Assembly (NCBI GenBank): GCA_024704765.1
Contig: JAKMXF010000115.1
Location: forward strand, 1-19,941
Direction: 5' to 3'
Length of the DNA stretch: 19,941 bases
From: Oopsacas minuta
Taxonomy: Eukaryota; Animalia; Porifera
Of this stretch, positions 1 through 9,894 are shown one piece after another. The number at the start of each line of letters is the position of its first letter. Position 1 is the stretch's first letter. A program made the translations under genes and the position numbers. The notes below the pieces were generated by a model. It saw only the letters and a list, made by a program, of their open reading frames with translations, did not search any database and had not been told where the DNA came from.

Positions 1-460
1 TAGAGCAAGCCTGTATGCATATTTTGAGATTTTCGTTTACTTTATATTCATGGAAACAACAATAAATTTACATATGATTAATCCAAAAGTGTGAAAATCA
101 GATTCAGCATGTTCGATATGTTTAGTGAAGTTTTATTGAATTCTTATTACTACCTTGATAAACACGATAAATGCATAGTTATGCGACAATTTCAAAATTG
201 CATACCGTAAATCCTTTCCTTGGCAACGGACAAACAACAATTGAGATTTAATAATACAGATCCTGAGGCTGCTTTACCTTGAGTAATGCAACTATTATTA
301 GCCAAAATGCATTTAGGAGAGTGAAATATTTGTTTATCGTCAACTTTAAACCGGTATGATATTTGGGTTAATAATAGTACTCTCGGAAAAGTGACCAAAT
401 TTAATAGAAACGAGCCTTTGGCTCGTCGCTTCGCAATGATCTCGGCGTATTGCACCTCAT
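1..460 (+). repeat. Composite dispersed repeat, copy A
   Basis: 1-46 is identical to 16419-16464. About 187-255 matches the reverse complement of 8475-8551 and partly 16068-16098. The hairpin cgagcctttggctcg at 411-425 and its 3' flank match 16012-16065. Confidence 0.65.
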
Positions 461-651
461 GGTATCCATTATTATTCTCCAAATTAACGGCCCCTTTGAG
501 GGATAAATCTCCTTTCTCTAAATTAACAACTAAAATAATGCTGGACAAATATTTCGAATGTAAGAATGAAAATCTTGAACAATATCTTCCTGGTTATTAA
601 AGTTAATCAATAATTTATTACATAATCAAGTAACTGAGTACTGTGAATAGT

Positions 652-816
652 TAGGGCCGGCCCTCCACTAGGCGAACTAGTCAGTCGCCTAGGGCCACAT
701 AATCTTTGGATTTAGAGTGATTTTACTCTTTGATTAATCAAAATTCTGTGAAGGGCGGCACAGTTTCATAGTTGCCTAGGGCGGAAAAATTTCAAACCGC
801 CTCAAGGACCGGTCAG
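652..816. mobile_element. Degenerate hAT-like MITE
   Basis: GC-rich island starting tagggccggccct and ending aaggaccggtcag (imperfect inverted ends), with internal gcctagggc twice. No target-site duplication (TSD) found. Confidence 0.3.
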
Positions 817-1200
817 TTAGTACCTTATAATTAATTAGCTGTTAGGCATTGTAGTACGTTGGAACACTTATTTCAAGTTCAAGAAAAATAAGGAACTTTG
901 AGGCTCCAATTGGCATAAAATAAAATGTCCTGCTGACAGATTGGTAGTGCAGCTCGGGGTTATTTGTTTTGTTTTATCAAGGTGATATAATTGTAGTTTC
1001 CTGTCCTCATATTTCGTAGTACACGATTTGTTCTAAGAAGTGCCTGAATTGACACACCCTGTTCAAACGCCTAGCTACTATATATATGATAGTGTGATAG
1101 ATATGCGTATTTGTAACGATATATCATATTTCAATCCACTTTCATATAGCCATATCCATATAACTAATATAAATACTAGACTTATATGCTACATTCATTA

Positions 1201-1227
1201 TTACGTTCTTCCAAGTTCATTTTACAG
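1201..1227 (+). promoter_or_regulatory. 3' splice acceptor upstream of thioredoxin 1 start
   Basis: Pyrimidine-rich ttacgttcttccaagttcattttacAG (AG 1226-1227), 30 nt before ATG 1258. Confidence 0.45.
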
Positions 1228-1257
1228 TCTTCTTTCATACACCGTTATCAAACTACC

Positions 1258-1578
1258 ATGGCTACTGAGCTCAAAACTCTCGCTGATTTCTCTGCTTGTA
1301 TAAAAGTTAATGCCAAAGTGGCTGTTGATTTTACAGCTACCTGGTGTGGACCCTGTCAATTTATTGGGCCTAAGTTCGTAGCATCGATTCCTGATTACCC
1401 CAACATCAAATTTGTGAAAGTAGATGTGGATGCGAATTCTGAAACAGCCCAAAAATACGGTGTTTCCGCAATGCCTACATTTAAATTTTTCCATAATCAG
1501 GAGCAGTTTGATGAACTGGTTGGAGCAGACGAAGCAGGGTTGAAAAAAAAATTGGAGGCACTAAATGCTAAAGCATGA
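1258..1578 (+). CDS. trx: Thioredoxin (cytosolic Trx1-type), 106 aa, intronless
   Basis: MATELKTLADF...VAVDFTATWCGPCQ...KFVKVDVD...AMPTFKF...LVGAD. WCGPC active site, buried Asp (VDF) and cis-Pro (MPT) are present. The ATG at 1258 (accATGg context) gives the canonical length; the ORF-track start at 1186 is an upstream extension. Confidence 0.94.
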   Translation: MATELKTLADFSACIKVNAKVAVDFTATWCGPCQFIGPKFVASIPDYPNIKFVKVDVDANSETAQKYGVSAMPTFKFFHNQEQFDELVGADEAGLKKKLEALNAKA

Positions 1579-1757
1579 TAGCTTGTGAACATGTTTTAGT
1601 TGTTCTTTAGATTTATTCTGTGTGTCCATTATTGGACATATAGCTTATTATTTCGTGTATTTAGATATTAGAAGTGTGTGATATTATAATCCATATATAT
1701 TTTATTACTGTTGGGACTGACATGCTTATAGGCATCGTATCCCCTTTCCGAGCGGCC

Positions 1758-1926
1758 CAGTGGCCTACCCGGAATTTATCCTGGCGACTTGCGTCCATGG
1801 ATCCGATTGTTTATGCAGGGTTATTTATTTCCATCCTCGCCCATCTAGAGGCGGTCCCAGGATTTTTCATACCCATGGCAGCCCGAGGCAAATACCCCGT
1901 TTTGCTCCTCCTTGGTACCGTCACTT
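1758..1926. mobile_element. Possible degenerate hAT-like MITE
   Basis: GC-rich island bounded by cagtggcctacc and ggtaccgtcactt (imperfect inverted ends). No TSD. Confidence 0.25.
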
Positions 1927-2796
1927 CGTCCGTTCGGGAGGATATTATTAGTATTTTCTCAAATTTAATTCGAACTGTCATGGGAAAAATAATTATTCGA
2001 ATTATCCAATGGATTTATGGTATAATTACTTTCAAGGGAAAACTATTATTTGGAATTAACTGGTATCCGAATGGATTTTTCTAACCAGCAACTTAGGTCC
2101 CTATGTACACTCCACGATTCGCGTCACCAAATAGGTTACTGGTTTGAAATATCCTATTCAAATTAACTGTTGTGGACTGTAATTTGGTTTACATGGCCTA
2201 ATTATAATTATTCTAGCTTCATAAATCATTATCCGTACAGTCACTAATGAAATATTTCGAGCTCTCTAGGATTGTGTACAGAGACATCTAGTCTTCCCCT
2301 GCTTTTATGGATTTGACTGACAACGTTGGATTAATTCTACCACTAAGAGCTTCCGAATAGGGACGCGGAATTTGAACAAAAACTGAGACAGTATTTTGAC
2401 CCAAACTTGTTATTTCTGAATAATTTTGTAGCTTAAGCGCTGCTCATTTTCATTCCAGATTTACATTAGATTTGTATCATAGATAATCAGGATTGAATTG
2501 GATATTACAAATTCGGGAAAACAATAAGAACATTTTCAGGAGCTAGAAAAATTTTATTCACAGGAATTTTATTAGCTAATCCAGTGGAATGACTTGTGCC
2601 TACGACATACTTGCAAACCTGAGTGAAGAAAAAGAGGGACTGTTAATTGAATCTTTGAATCCCTAGCCAGGGATATCATATCAATTGGGAACTCACATAG
2701 AGTAATAGTCACATAACACTATGTGCATATGATGGATAGTGTTACATTCGGTGTAACAACACTTTCTGTTTTCTTTCATATATCGTTCAAATAACC

Positions 2797-3114
2797 ATGG
2801 CCTAGTAATCTCTACTCTCGCCGATTTCGAGTCTTGTATACAGGGCGTAACTAAAGTCGCTGTCGATTTTACAGCTGCTTGGTGTGGACCCTGCCAGATG
2901 ATTGGACCTGAATTCTAGAAAATGGTTTCTGAATTTTCCTGCGATCAAATTCGTGAAAGTAGATGTAGATGATAATAGTGAAACTGGCCAAAAAGAAGGT
3001 GTTAGCGCTATGCCTACATTCAAACTTTATCATAATGGTAAACAGTATGATGAACTTGTTGGAGCTAACCAAGAAAAATTGAAAGCACTTCTAACTGGGC
3101 TAAATAAATCGTAA
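2797..3114 (+). pseudogene. trx: Thioredoxin pseudogene (tandem duplicate of thioredoxin 1)
   Basis: Aligns end to end with 1258-1578 (about 65% aa identity by hand count) and retains WCGPC at 2880-2894. It has a 1-nt deletion near the start (ATG GCC TAG), an in-frame TAG at 2916-2918 and a +1 T at 2934-2937. The 5' and 3' flanks are also homologous to those of thioredoxin 1. Confidence 0.88.
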
Positions 3115-3321
3115 TATGATATCGTCTGTTATAGTTGTTATTTCGGTATTATTTGTCCATTTCCGGGATGATTAGCTTATTATTATATTTTTAGATATTA
3201 GTATGTGATAATCTGTTCTACTTGTAGAGGGTATATTCATGGCCTTAGGAAATGGGCCAATTGATCGGGTTTTAACCGCAACAACATTCGTCTGTTCACA
3301 AAAATTTTTGGGACCTGTTGC

Positions 3322-3442
3322 GTAGGATTTGACCCGCATCAAAATGTGTTACACCCATAGGATTTTGACCCGTATCAAAATGTATAATTGTCGTAGGATT
3401 CTGACCCGCATATAATGTATTATTGTCGTAGGATTCTGACTC
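3322..3442. repeat. About 35-bp minisatellite, 3.5 copies
   Basis: Unit gtaggatt(t/c)tgacccgcat...aatgt starts at about 3322, 3357, 3393 and 3428. Confidence 0.8.
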
Positions 3443-4452
3443 TAAAGTAATCTTACTTCTCTGTCATTTGACTTTTTCGAATTCCATACACTCTCATTAC
3501 GTAATTACCACTAAATGTATGTAATGTAATTCAACTTTAGACTAGCTATACGTATACGTAACTGAATAAACAAGTCAGTTTAGAGTTCGATTCTAGAAAG
3601 TAGTGAATTTGTTTGATAACATGTAAACTATATTCCCACTACGTATAACAAATTTACAATATGTATAATTATCCAAAATGCCAAAAATAGACAGGTGTAT
3701 ATAAATATTTTGTAATAATATTACTTGGACAGAAGGTGGCAGGTGTTTGATAATTGTATTTCATAACTCATAATAAATAATATAATTTAACATTTCAATC
3801 TATATATTGCAATATATTCTATCAAATAACAAAACTTTTGCAAGCATTAGCATGATAATGAATATTCGGAATATCTTAAGTACGAATTGTAGGCGATTTC
3901 ATCTTTGCCCATTTCTCTCTACTTCCTGACAAGCTTTAAAGAATATACCACTGAAATATGTTCATCTATTGGACAAGCGTAGACTATGCATTTGTTACGG
4001 GAGTCTTGGTATAATGTTGATACACATATAGAGTTGAAGTGAAAACCGCGAGCCTCTGGCACGCTGCATACTCCTGGATAACACTAGATTTCTATAAACA
4101 AAACAAGTCAGCTGCAGTGGCCTCCTCCTTCCCCTTACAGCCATCCCCTAACGCTAAACGTTTAACGTTAACCTCACCTTGTTTATATGTGCAGCGTAGG
4201 AGCGAATTTCTCATGTAGTTGGGTTAATAGGTGTTATTGACAAGGGCTGATAGTATTCGAGGTTTCAATTGAAGTAGCTCAGAGTCGATATTTTCATAGA
4301 TTGGGTGTTGTTTCGGTATTTCAATGTTTCTTCCATGGTATCCAGGTTCAATATATCATCCAAAGAATCTAAATACATAATAAATATGTGAAATGTAGGA
4401 TTGCTATTACGTATTAATCGAATCAATACAAAACACAACTAGTTTTATATGT

Positions 4453-4453
4453 N
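4453..4453. other. Ambiguous base or collapsed assembly gap
   Basis: Single n in gtnaag. Confidence 0.7.
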
Positions 4454-4591
4454 AAGTCCGAGCTTCAATGAACGGGTCTCAGAACTCGGGCCGGGTTTCC
4501 TACCTTAACAGGCATTACTTGGCTCTGTTTGGCTAGAATGGAGTATATACCCATTATACTAGTACCAATTAATTATTAATTATTATTTTAG

Positions 4592-4641
4592 TGGTGTGCG
4601 CTATGTCAGACGAGGAGGGACAGCAAGCATATTGGCCAAAT
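4592..4641 (+). other. Orphan exon-like segment (possible first coding exon MSDEEGQQAYWPN)
   Basis: 50-nt GC-rich segment bounded by ttattttAG| and |GTAAGT, with an ATG at 4603 open to the donor. The other two frames are also open, so the frame and parent gene are uncertain. Confidence 0.35.
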
Positions 4642-5184
4642 GTAAGTTGTTTAACATTTACTTTATTACATTAATTACACCAGGGATGTTAGTATAACTT
4701 CATAAGACTATTCTCTATGAATAATGAGAATTGCTTGCTTTGGTTAGTACGAATTCTGCATATAAACAAATTCTACGATCTCTTTGAGTTTGTGCTAATT
4801 AGTTTACACATTTTAATGGTGGAATCTTATTCAATACATTATTGCACGGCCAATTATGGCATAGGTAATTATTATCTTACTGAGCAACTGCTTGATGTAG
4901 CCCGCTTGCTTCATTCAGGGAAATACAATAGGATAAATATACAAAGAATGCTTACCAAACCTTTTGGGATCCTGGATGAACCATGGATATTCTTCAAATC
5001 CTGGTGTGAATTACACTATTATTTTAGGGTTACCATAGTTATGTAATGAGCCATAAATTCGAAATAATTGACTTGGATATCAATTCTAGGAAGCACAGGG
5101 AAATTATTGTAAGGGGTTGGCAAGTATGCAGAGGAATTTAGATCTGACCAATTCCTCCAATTCTGTTCATTTCTATTTGTATTT

Positions 5185-5243
5185 CTCTTTCAACCTTCTT
5201 TATTTTATTGTTCTTTCAACCTTCTTTATTATTGTTCTTTCAC
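5185..5243. repeat. Short pyrimidine-rich tandem repeat (about 25 bp x 2.5)
   Basis: tctttcaaccttctttatt(tt)attgt is repeated twice plus a partial third copy. Confidence 0.6.
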
Positions 5244-5469
5244 TTTCTAGGCATACTAGCTATAACAGAGGATTTTATTTACTTTTCTTACGATATAATA
5301 AATAATATTTTTCATCCAATTATATTTTCTTTAACATAAGCGGGTTCTTTTCGTACAATGATTTCAAATCGATTTCGAGAATAGATGAGATATAGTTACA
5401 TTCATGCCAGCTTGGCATTGGAAATAGCTGAGAGGAAATAATGAATATTTTGGTGGGATGTTATTAGCA

Positions 5470-5809
5470 CAGTTGATGCTGGTTATAAGAACATCGTCGG
5501 GAAGTAGACATAATATTCTTATAACCTGTATGAGTACACTTCATTTAACACATTAATATTTACGAACCATATACTGTATTATTTATGCCGATTCTACAAA
5601 CATGCTGGCGGTAATAACAAATTTTGCTACTATTCTAAGAGTGTTCTTATAACCGACATAAATTATATCTGGGGATATGGCAACCGTTTCCTGTTAAATA
5701 TTCTTATAACCGACATGAACCGGATATAAATCCGGTAAAACTTCCATTGAGTAGAATACAAATGATTGACCGTAAATCAAGTTAAGGTTCTTATAACCGG
5801 CATCTACTG
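5470..5809. mobile_element. Tc1/mariner-pogo-type MITE
   Basis: Terminal inverted repeats (TIRs) cagttgatgctggttataagaac / gttcttataaccggcatctactg (21/23 match). TA on the right, CA on the left. Internal ttcttataacc repeats at about 5517, 5644 and 5701. Confidence 0.7.
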
Positions 5810-6451
5810 TACTTACTATTGCATAAATCTTAACCTTTTTCCTCTACAAATTTAGTCCTCATTCTGATCCTTTAATAGGTTACTGTAAGATATAATCACA
5901 TGATTTCTAAGTACAATAGGCCATCTGAAACTGTCCACCACTGGGCACTGGGTTTCGAAGCGGACAATTGCAGAATTCGAAGTGAATAACGATTACAAGA
6001 TATGAATAAGTGGACAATTAGAGAGGACGCTCTGTGCTAAGAAGTATCATATTTTATTGTTTTACATAATAGCACGAAAATATGAAATAAATTCATAAAC
6101 AGATTTTTGCAACAGGTCATCAGCTTGAGCCTTACGAGCCATTTAATAGTGGTCTAGCAATTATATTTCTGCAGGGTATCCAAACAGGATATCAGTAGTA
6201 TTCGGTTGAGTTAACCAAGTATTTTTAATATCCTGTAAGGCCACTACCGTGTTCATGAATACTGATGTTCGTTTCAACGAGTTTTAATTAACCTTGCTTC
6301 TTTCGTGAAAATATAGAAATAGAATCCACATGAAACCTGTCTTCAATTTCGGTTTCTTCATTGTTGCAGAGAATTGCTCCTGTTGGGAATACGAACAATG
6401 ACCTGTCATGACCTTTTGTGTCTATAGCAGGTATAGGGCCAGAAAGTTAAA

Positions 6452-7050
6452 CTCTCACGAATTATTCGTAAAACTCACGGCTTTTCGCGGCTCTAAATGG
6501 AAAGACGCCTTTTCGAAGAAATCTCACAGTTTGGTCATACCCCTGGTGGCATCTATGTACAGCAATTGCTGATACTGATGTTTGCTACACATTTAATCTG
6601 AACCCCACCACACCCGTTTAATATCTAAAGCACTTGTGGACCTTTCAAGCGTAACGGTGGTGAGGAGAGGAGCTAGCTGTCTTTAGATCTCATGAATCTT
6701 AAGGCTCTACTCACTGTCACACGATCTCTTGGCCTGAATATACAATCCGTTGTATTTTCATAGATAACTGATACAGTAAACTCCTATTATTACCCTGTCA
6801 GTTATGACGAAATGAAACCGGGGTCCCCGTCCCAAGCACTTTATAATGAGGGTTACTGTAGTAAATAACATCTCACGATTTACAAAATTTCGTGAGCCAG
6901 ACCGTAGACAAGGGTAGCCAAAACACCTGTGAGATTTACAGTTAGAGCCGCGATAACCTGTGAGATTTGGCATATCTGAATCGACATGTATAATCTGGAA
7001 GTACCCTATGATCCGTTTTTGGCCGTATTTCATAGATGCCAAATCTCACT
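6452..7050. repeat. Cluster of inverted ctcac/gtgag motifs with a fold-back hairpin
   Basis: cgcggctctaa (about 6486) pairs with ttagagccgcg (about 6942). aaatctcacag (about 6519) pairs with ctgtgagattt (about 6927 and 6958). There is a perfect 14-bp stem between 6960-6973 and 7036-7049. Confidence 0.5.
6774..6858. mobile_element. 85-bp Tc1/mariner-pogo-type MITE
   Basis: TA|cagtaaactcctattat ... ataatgagggttactg|TA. Confidence 0.55.
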
Positions 7051-7151
7051 GATTTTTAGAGGGAAACTCAGGGATTGATATCACATACACGCCAGCTTGC
7101 CTTATGTGGAATTTGAATCTGACAATGCAAAATATCCGTTCGACACAAGTA

Positions 7152-7248
7152 ATATCAACTCCTGTTATCGAAGCTCATATACATACTCATAGGACCGCGA
7201 TAATTACTTCTATATAAGCGGGTATTTCCATATTACGGGAGTTTACTG
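7152..7248. mobile_element. Internally deleted MITE (family of 13056-13281 and 17620-17796)
   Basis: Shares tcaactcc..tatcgaagctca, ggaccgcgataattactt and atataagcgggtattt with the other copies. The right end is gggagtttactg|TA. Confidence 0.55.
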
Positions 7249-7283
7249 TATGTTCTTACTAGGTTATTATTAGATAATATAGA

Positions 7284-7477
7284 ATGGGTCAAGGTAAAGG
7301 AGGACTAGGGAGTAACACAGGGGGATTTGGAGGTGGTAAGAAAGGAGGTAGAGATAAGCACGGAGACAAAGACAAGAAAGATCTACCTCCTCCTGTTCCT
7401 ACACAGATAGGTAAGAAGCGTAAACTGAAGGGACCTGATGCTAGTAGTAAACTGCCTCAAGTAACTCCACATACAAG
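7284..7477 (+). CDS. PSMC1: Rpt2/PSMC1 coding exon 1
   Basis: MGQGKGG...[30 protein letters not shown]; donor AG|gtttgt, phase 2. Confidence 0.9.
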
Positions 7478-7507
7478 GTTTGTATACGTATATCCATAGC
7501 ACTAATA

Positions 7508-7565
7508 CAGTAGACTCCACTTTATAAGGTCACATCAGGTCCAGGCCATTTGACCCGATTAAGCG
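7508..7565. mobile_element. Solo MITE end
   Basis: TA|cagtagactcc followed by gacccgattaagcgg, related to 18415-18533. No partner TIR seen. Confidence 0.35.
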
Positions 7566-8272
7566 GAATAAAGGTGTTTGGTCGAGTTTGCTGCTACCTC
7601 TATATATCTCACATAAATGCAATCTCCGCCTCAAAACCTGGAGGTCTGAATCTCCCAGGCACCCAAACTTGATGCCTATGGTCTCTCTCCAGGATTTTTA
7701 TCAGGCGTATATATATAGTCATATTTCTTTAAGGAATTTACACAACCAATAATGATTTATAGGAATTTCTGGGCTGGCATTTTTTCTTGTAGGGACCCTA
7801 CTGGATTTTGACTAAAATATTGCTCTCCTGTACTAATTTGAGTCTCATTTTCGGCACTATGTGTCCTTCTTGGCTGATGAGCTGACACTTTAAGTGCCCA
7901 CCAAGCACCTAGATAAACCCTGCAGCACATGGCTCAATGACATTATTTATTTTCGCCATAAATAGTGAAACAAGCAAGAAGATATTTCAAATGTCCAGCC
8001 GAAAGACTGGGAGTGAACCTCAGGCATCTGGGTCATATTTCTACCCTATACAAAATGAATTGTCGTAAAATGATAATAATATGATTTATCAGTTTGGATG
8101 ATCTTCTAGCTGTGTTCGAGTGGAGATTTGTATCCAACCATAAAATATACTAAATCTACCATCCATGGTTAGATTACTAATAACATATACTTAGCGTGTA
8201 GGGGACAAATCTCTTACAAAACAGATGTCTTATGACTCTTATCCTAGTTCTATTGTATTCCCTTGTTACTAG

Positions 8273-8430
8273 GTGTCGACTTAAGCTCTTAAAGCTAGAA
8301 CGTATAAAAGACTTCCTGCTGTTAGAAGAGGAGTTTATTCAGAATCAGGAACGTCTCAGGCCACAAGAAGAGAAAACTGAGGAAGAGAGAGCGAAGGTAG
8401 ATGATCTCAGAGCTTTTCCTATGGATGTTG
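8273..8430 (+). CDS. PSMC1: Rpt2/PSMC1 coding exon 2 (coiled coil)
   Basis: ttactag|G TGT: [52 protein letters not shown]; donor G|gtatgt. Confidence 0.93.
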
Positions 8431-8474
8431 GTATGTTTCTCAATCTGAATGTCGAAACGTCGATCAATATCCAA

Positions 8475-8910
8475 ATTATTAAATCTCTATTGTTATTTGT
8501 TTGCTTGTTCGTTGTCAAGGAAAGGATTTATGGTATGCTATTTTAAAATTGAATCTCCTACTGACATGTCGTATAATTATTTATTTAATCTGCATATGCA
8601 GAAGTCAATAAAACTTAACTAAATATACCGAAAATGCAGAATCGATTATCCACTCTTGGGTAAGTCTAGTGTAATCTTTTTAATAGCCAATTAGAGACTT
8701 TCCCCCAGCTGCTATATAGGGGTAATCAAATACGCTTAATCCGATTTTCACATTTTCAAGTTTCTAATATGTATATGTTTTGCAGATTTTATCAAATAAA
8801 GAACCCATGTAAATAGGAATTCCGGAATTATAGACCCAAAGGCTCTGTCAATTGGATGATGGCGGACACCTTGATTCATCACATGAGGCGAGCCAAAGGC
8901 TCGTGAGCTG
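8475..8910 (-). repeat. Composite dispersed repeat, copy B (inverted)
   Basis: 8475-8551 is the reverse complement of 187-255. About 8715-8785 is the reverse complement of the agaaacttgaaaatg...ttacccct unit at about 16355-16408. The hairpin cgagccaaaggctcg is at 8889-8903. Confidence 0.65.
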
Positions 8911-9778
8911 ATATTTAATGAATAGGAAATGGATGTACAGCTTTTTTTGTTGGAATTAGAAACCGCTCACTAGGGTCAATTCGGTTTTCCGATTGGGCAG
9001 AATTATTGTGTCGTCAGACGTTTCTCTGAACCTTTTCCAGTGACGTCCTTACTTCACACCATAAAATATTCTGGTTATTCATCCTGTTAGTTCTGAACCT
9101 CACTATAGATATTGTAAGAAGTGTTTGTGTGATATCTATCCGCTGTTTGATGAAGTCATTTTGAGTTCGGGGTTCTCATACCACATTACGTCACAAATTT
9201 TGTAATACATAATCTCCATATATGGAATTTTTGCAACGTTATTGTAGTATGAGAAGATGTGTTAGAGATTTGTTAATGAATACAACTAGGGCCCGAAGCT
9301 AGATAAGGTATATAACAAACTTCAGGTGAATTGATCGGAAATTGACTGATTTATTAAGTGTCATATTACACTCATATTTGGCTGTAGGAATTCCCTGCTA
9401 ATTTCACACATTTACATAAGAGTCGAAATGCAGTATTCAGTGTCGATATATGTATAACTAGACTCAGCTCGCCTAGCCGTGTCGAACAAGTGGGCATTCG
9501 ATAGGTTTTGGCAAAACTTGATAATGAAATGTTATCACATTCCTGAGGCATTGCTGCGTTGTTAACGAAAAGTGTTTCTAAATATGGTCAAGTGACCCTT
9601 GAACGACGGAAAATTCTACGCTGATTACGAAATTCAACATATAATTTGGATTCGCATATATTGTGCACGCTGTATACGAATTGGCAGGTGTAAGATATAA
9701 TGCTATGTAATCATTTGTGGTCACAATTTTGGATTACGAGAATGCCAACATTGGTTTTCAAAGTCCTTAGGTCATAAG

Positions 9779-9894
9779 CATAGGCGTCGGAAATGCCCGA
9801 AGGCTCCGGGGTTGGCCCAATCGATCTCGGGTCGCTACATTCACGGCATAAATAAATATCACACTCACAATTCCGGGTGGGTCCGGCGCCTATG
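9779..9894. mobile_element. 116-bp hAT-type MITE
   Basis: 13-bp TIRs cataggcgtcgga / tccggcgcctatg (1 mismatch) and a perfect 8-bp TSD gtcataag (9771-9778 and 9895-9902). Confidence 0.87.

Noticed and set aside
192-600. ORFs sharing KERIYGM and NEPLARRFAM peptides with ORFs near 8.5 kb and 16 kb
   Set aside because: The shared peptides come from the non-coding composite repeat, and the frames are not maintained between copies.
1674-2084. 136-aa hydrophobic ORF
   Set aside because: It has a GTG start and no recognisable motif, and it spans a probable MITE and AT-rich DNA.
2797-2918. TAG/TAA reassignment (ciliate-type code) or read-through rescuing thioredoxin 2
   Set aside because: Two frameshifts remain, thioredoxin 3 ends in TAG, and the 448-codon PSMC1 has no internal TAA/TAG. 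The stop is TAG, so selenocysteine does not apply.
1222-3072. Antisense ORFs 1222-1494, 2802-3023 and 2869-3072
   Set aside because: They are shadow frames of the thioredoxin coding sequences, similar to each other only because the genes are paralogous.
3322-3442. CRISPR-like repeat-spacer array
   Set aside because: The variable parts are only about 10 bp and resemble each other, the context is eukaryotic, and there are no cas genes.
3880-4200. Minus-strand two-exon gene (MRNSLLRCTYKQ G|gtgagg ... tttatag| at 4091)
   Set aside because: The splice phases lead to an immediate TAG, the other frames close within about 35 codons, and no homology is recognised.
6758-7042. 94-aa minus-strand ORF
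   Set aside because: It crosses a MITE and a fold-back repeat and has no protein motif.
7119-7129. ARE-like cTGACaatGCa upstream of PSMC1
   Set aside because: It misses the 5' purine, a motif this short is expected by chance every few kb, and I saw no matching site before the thioredoxins.
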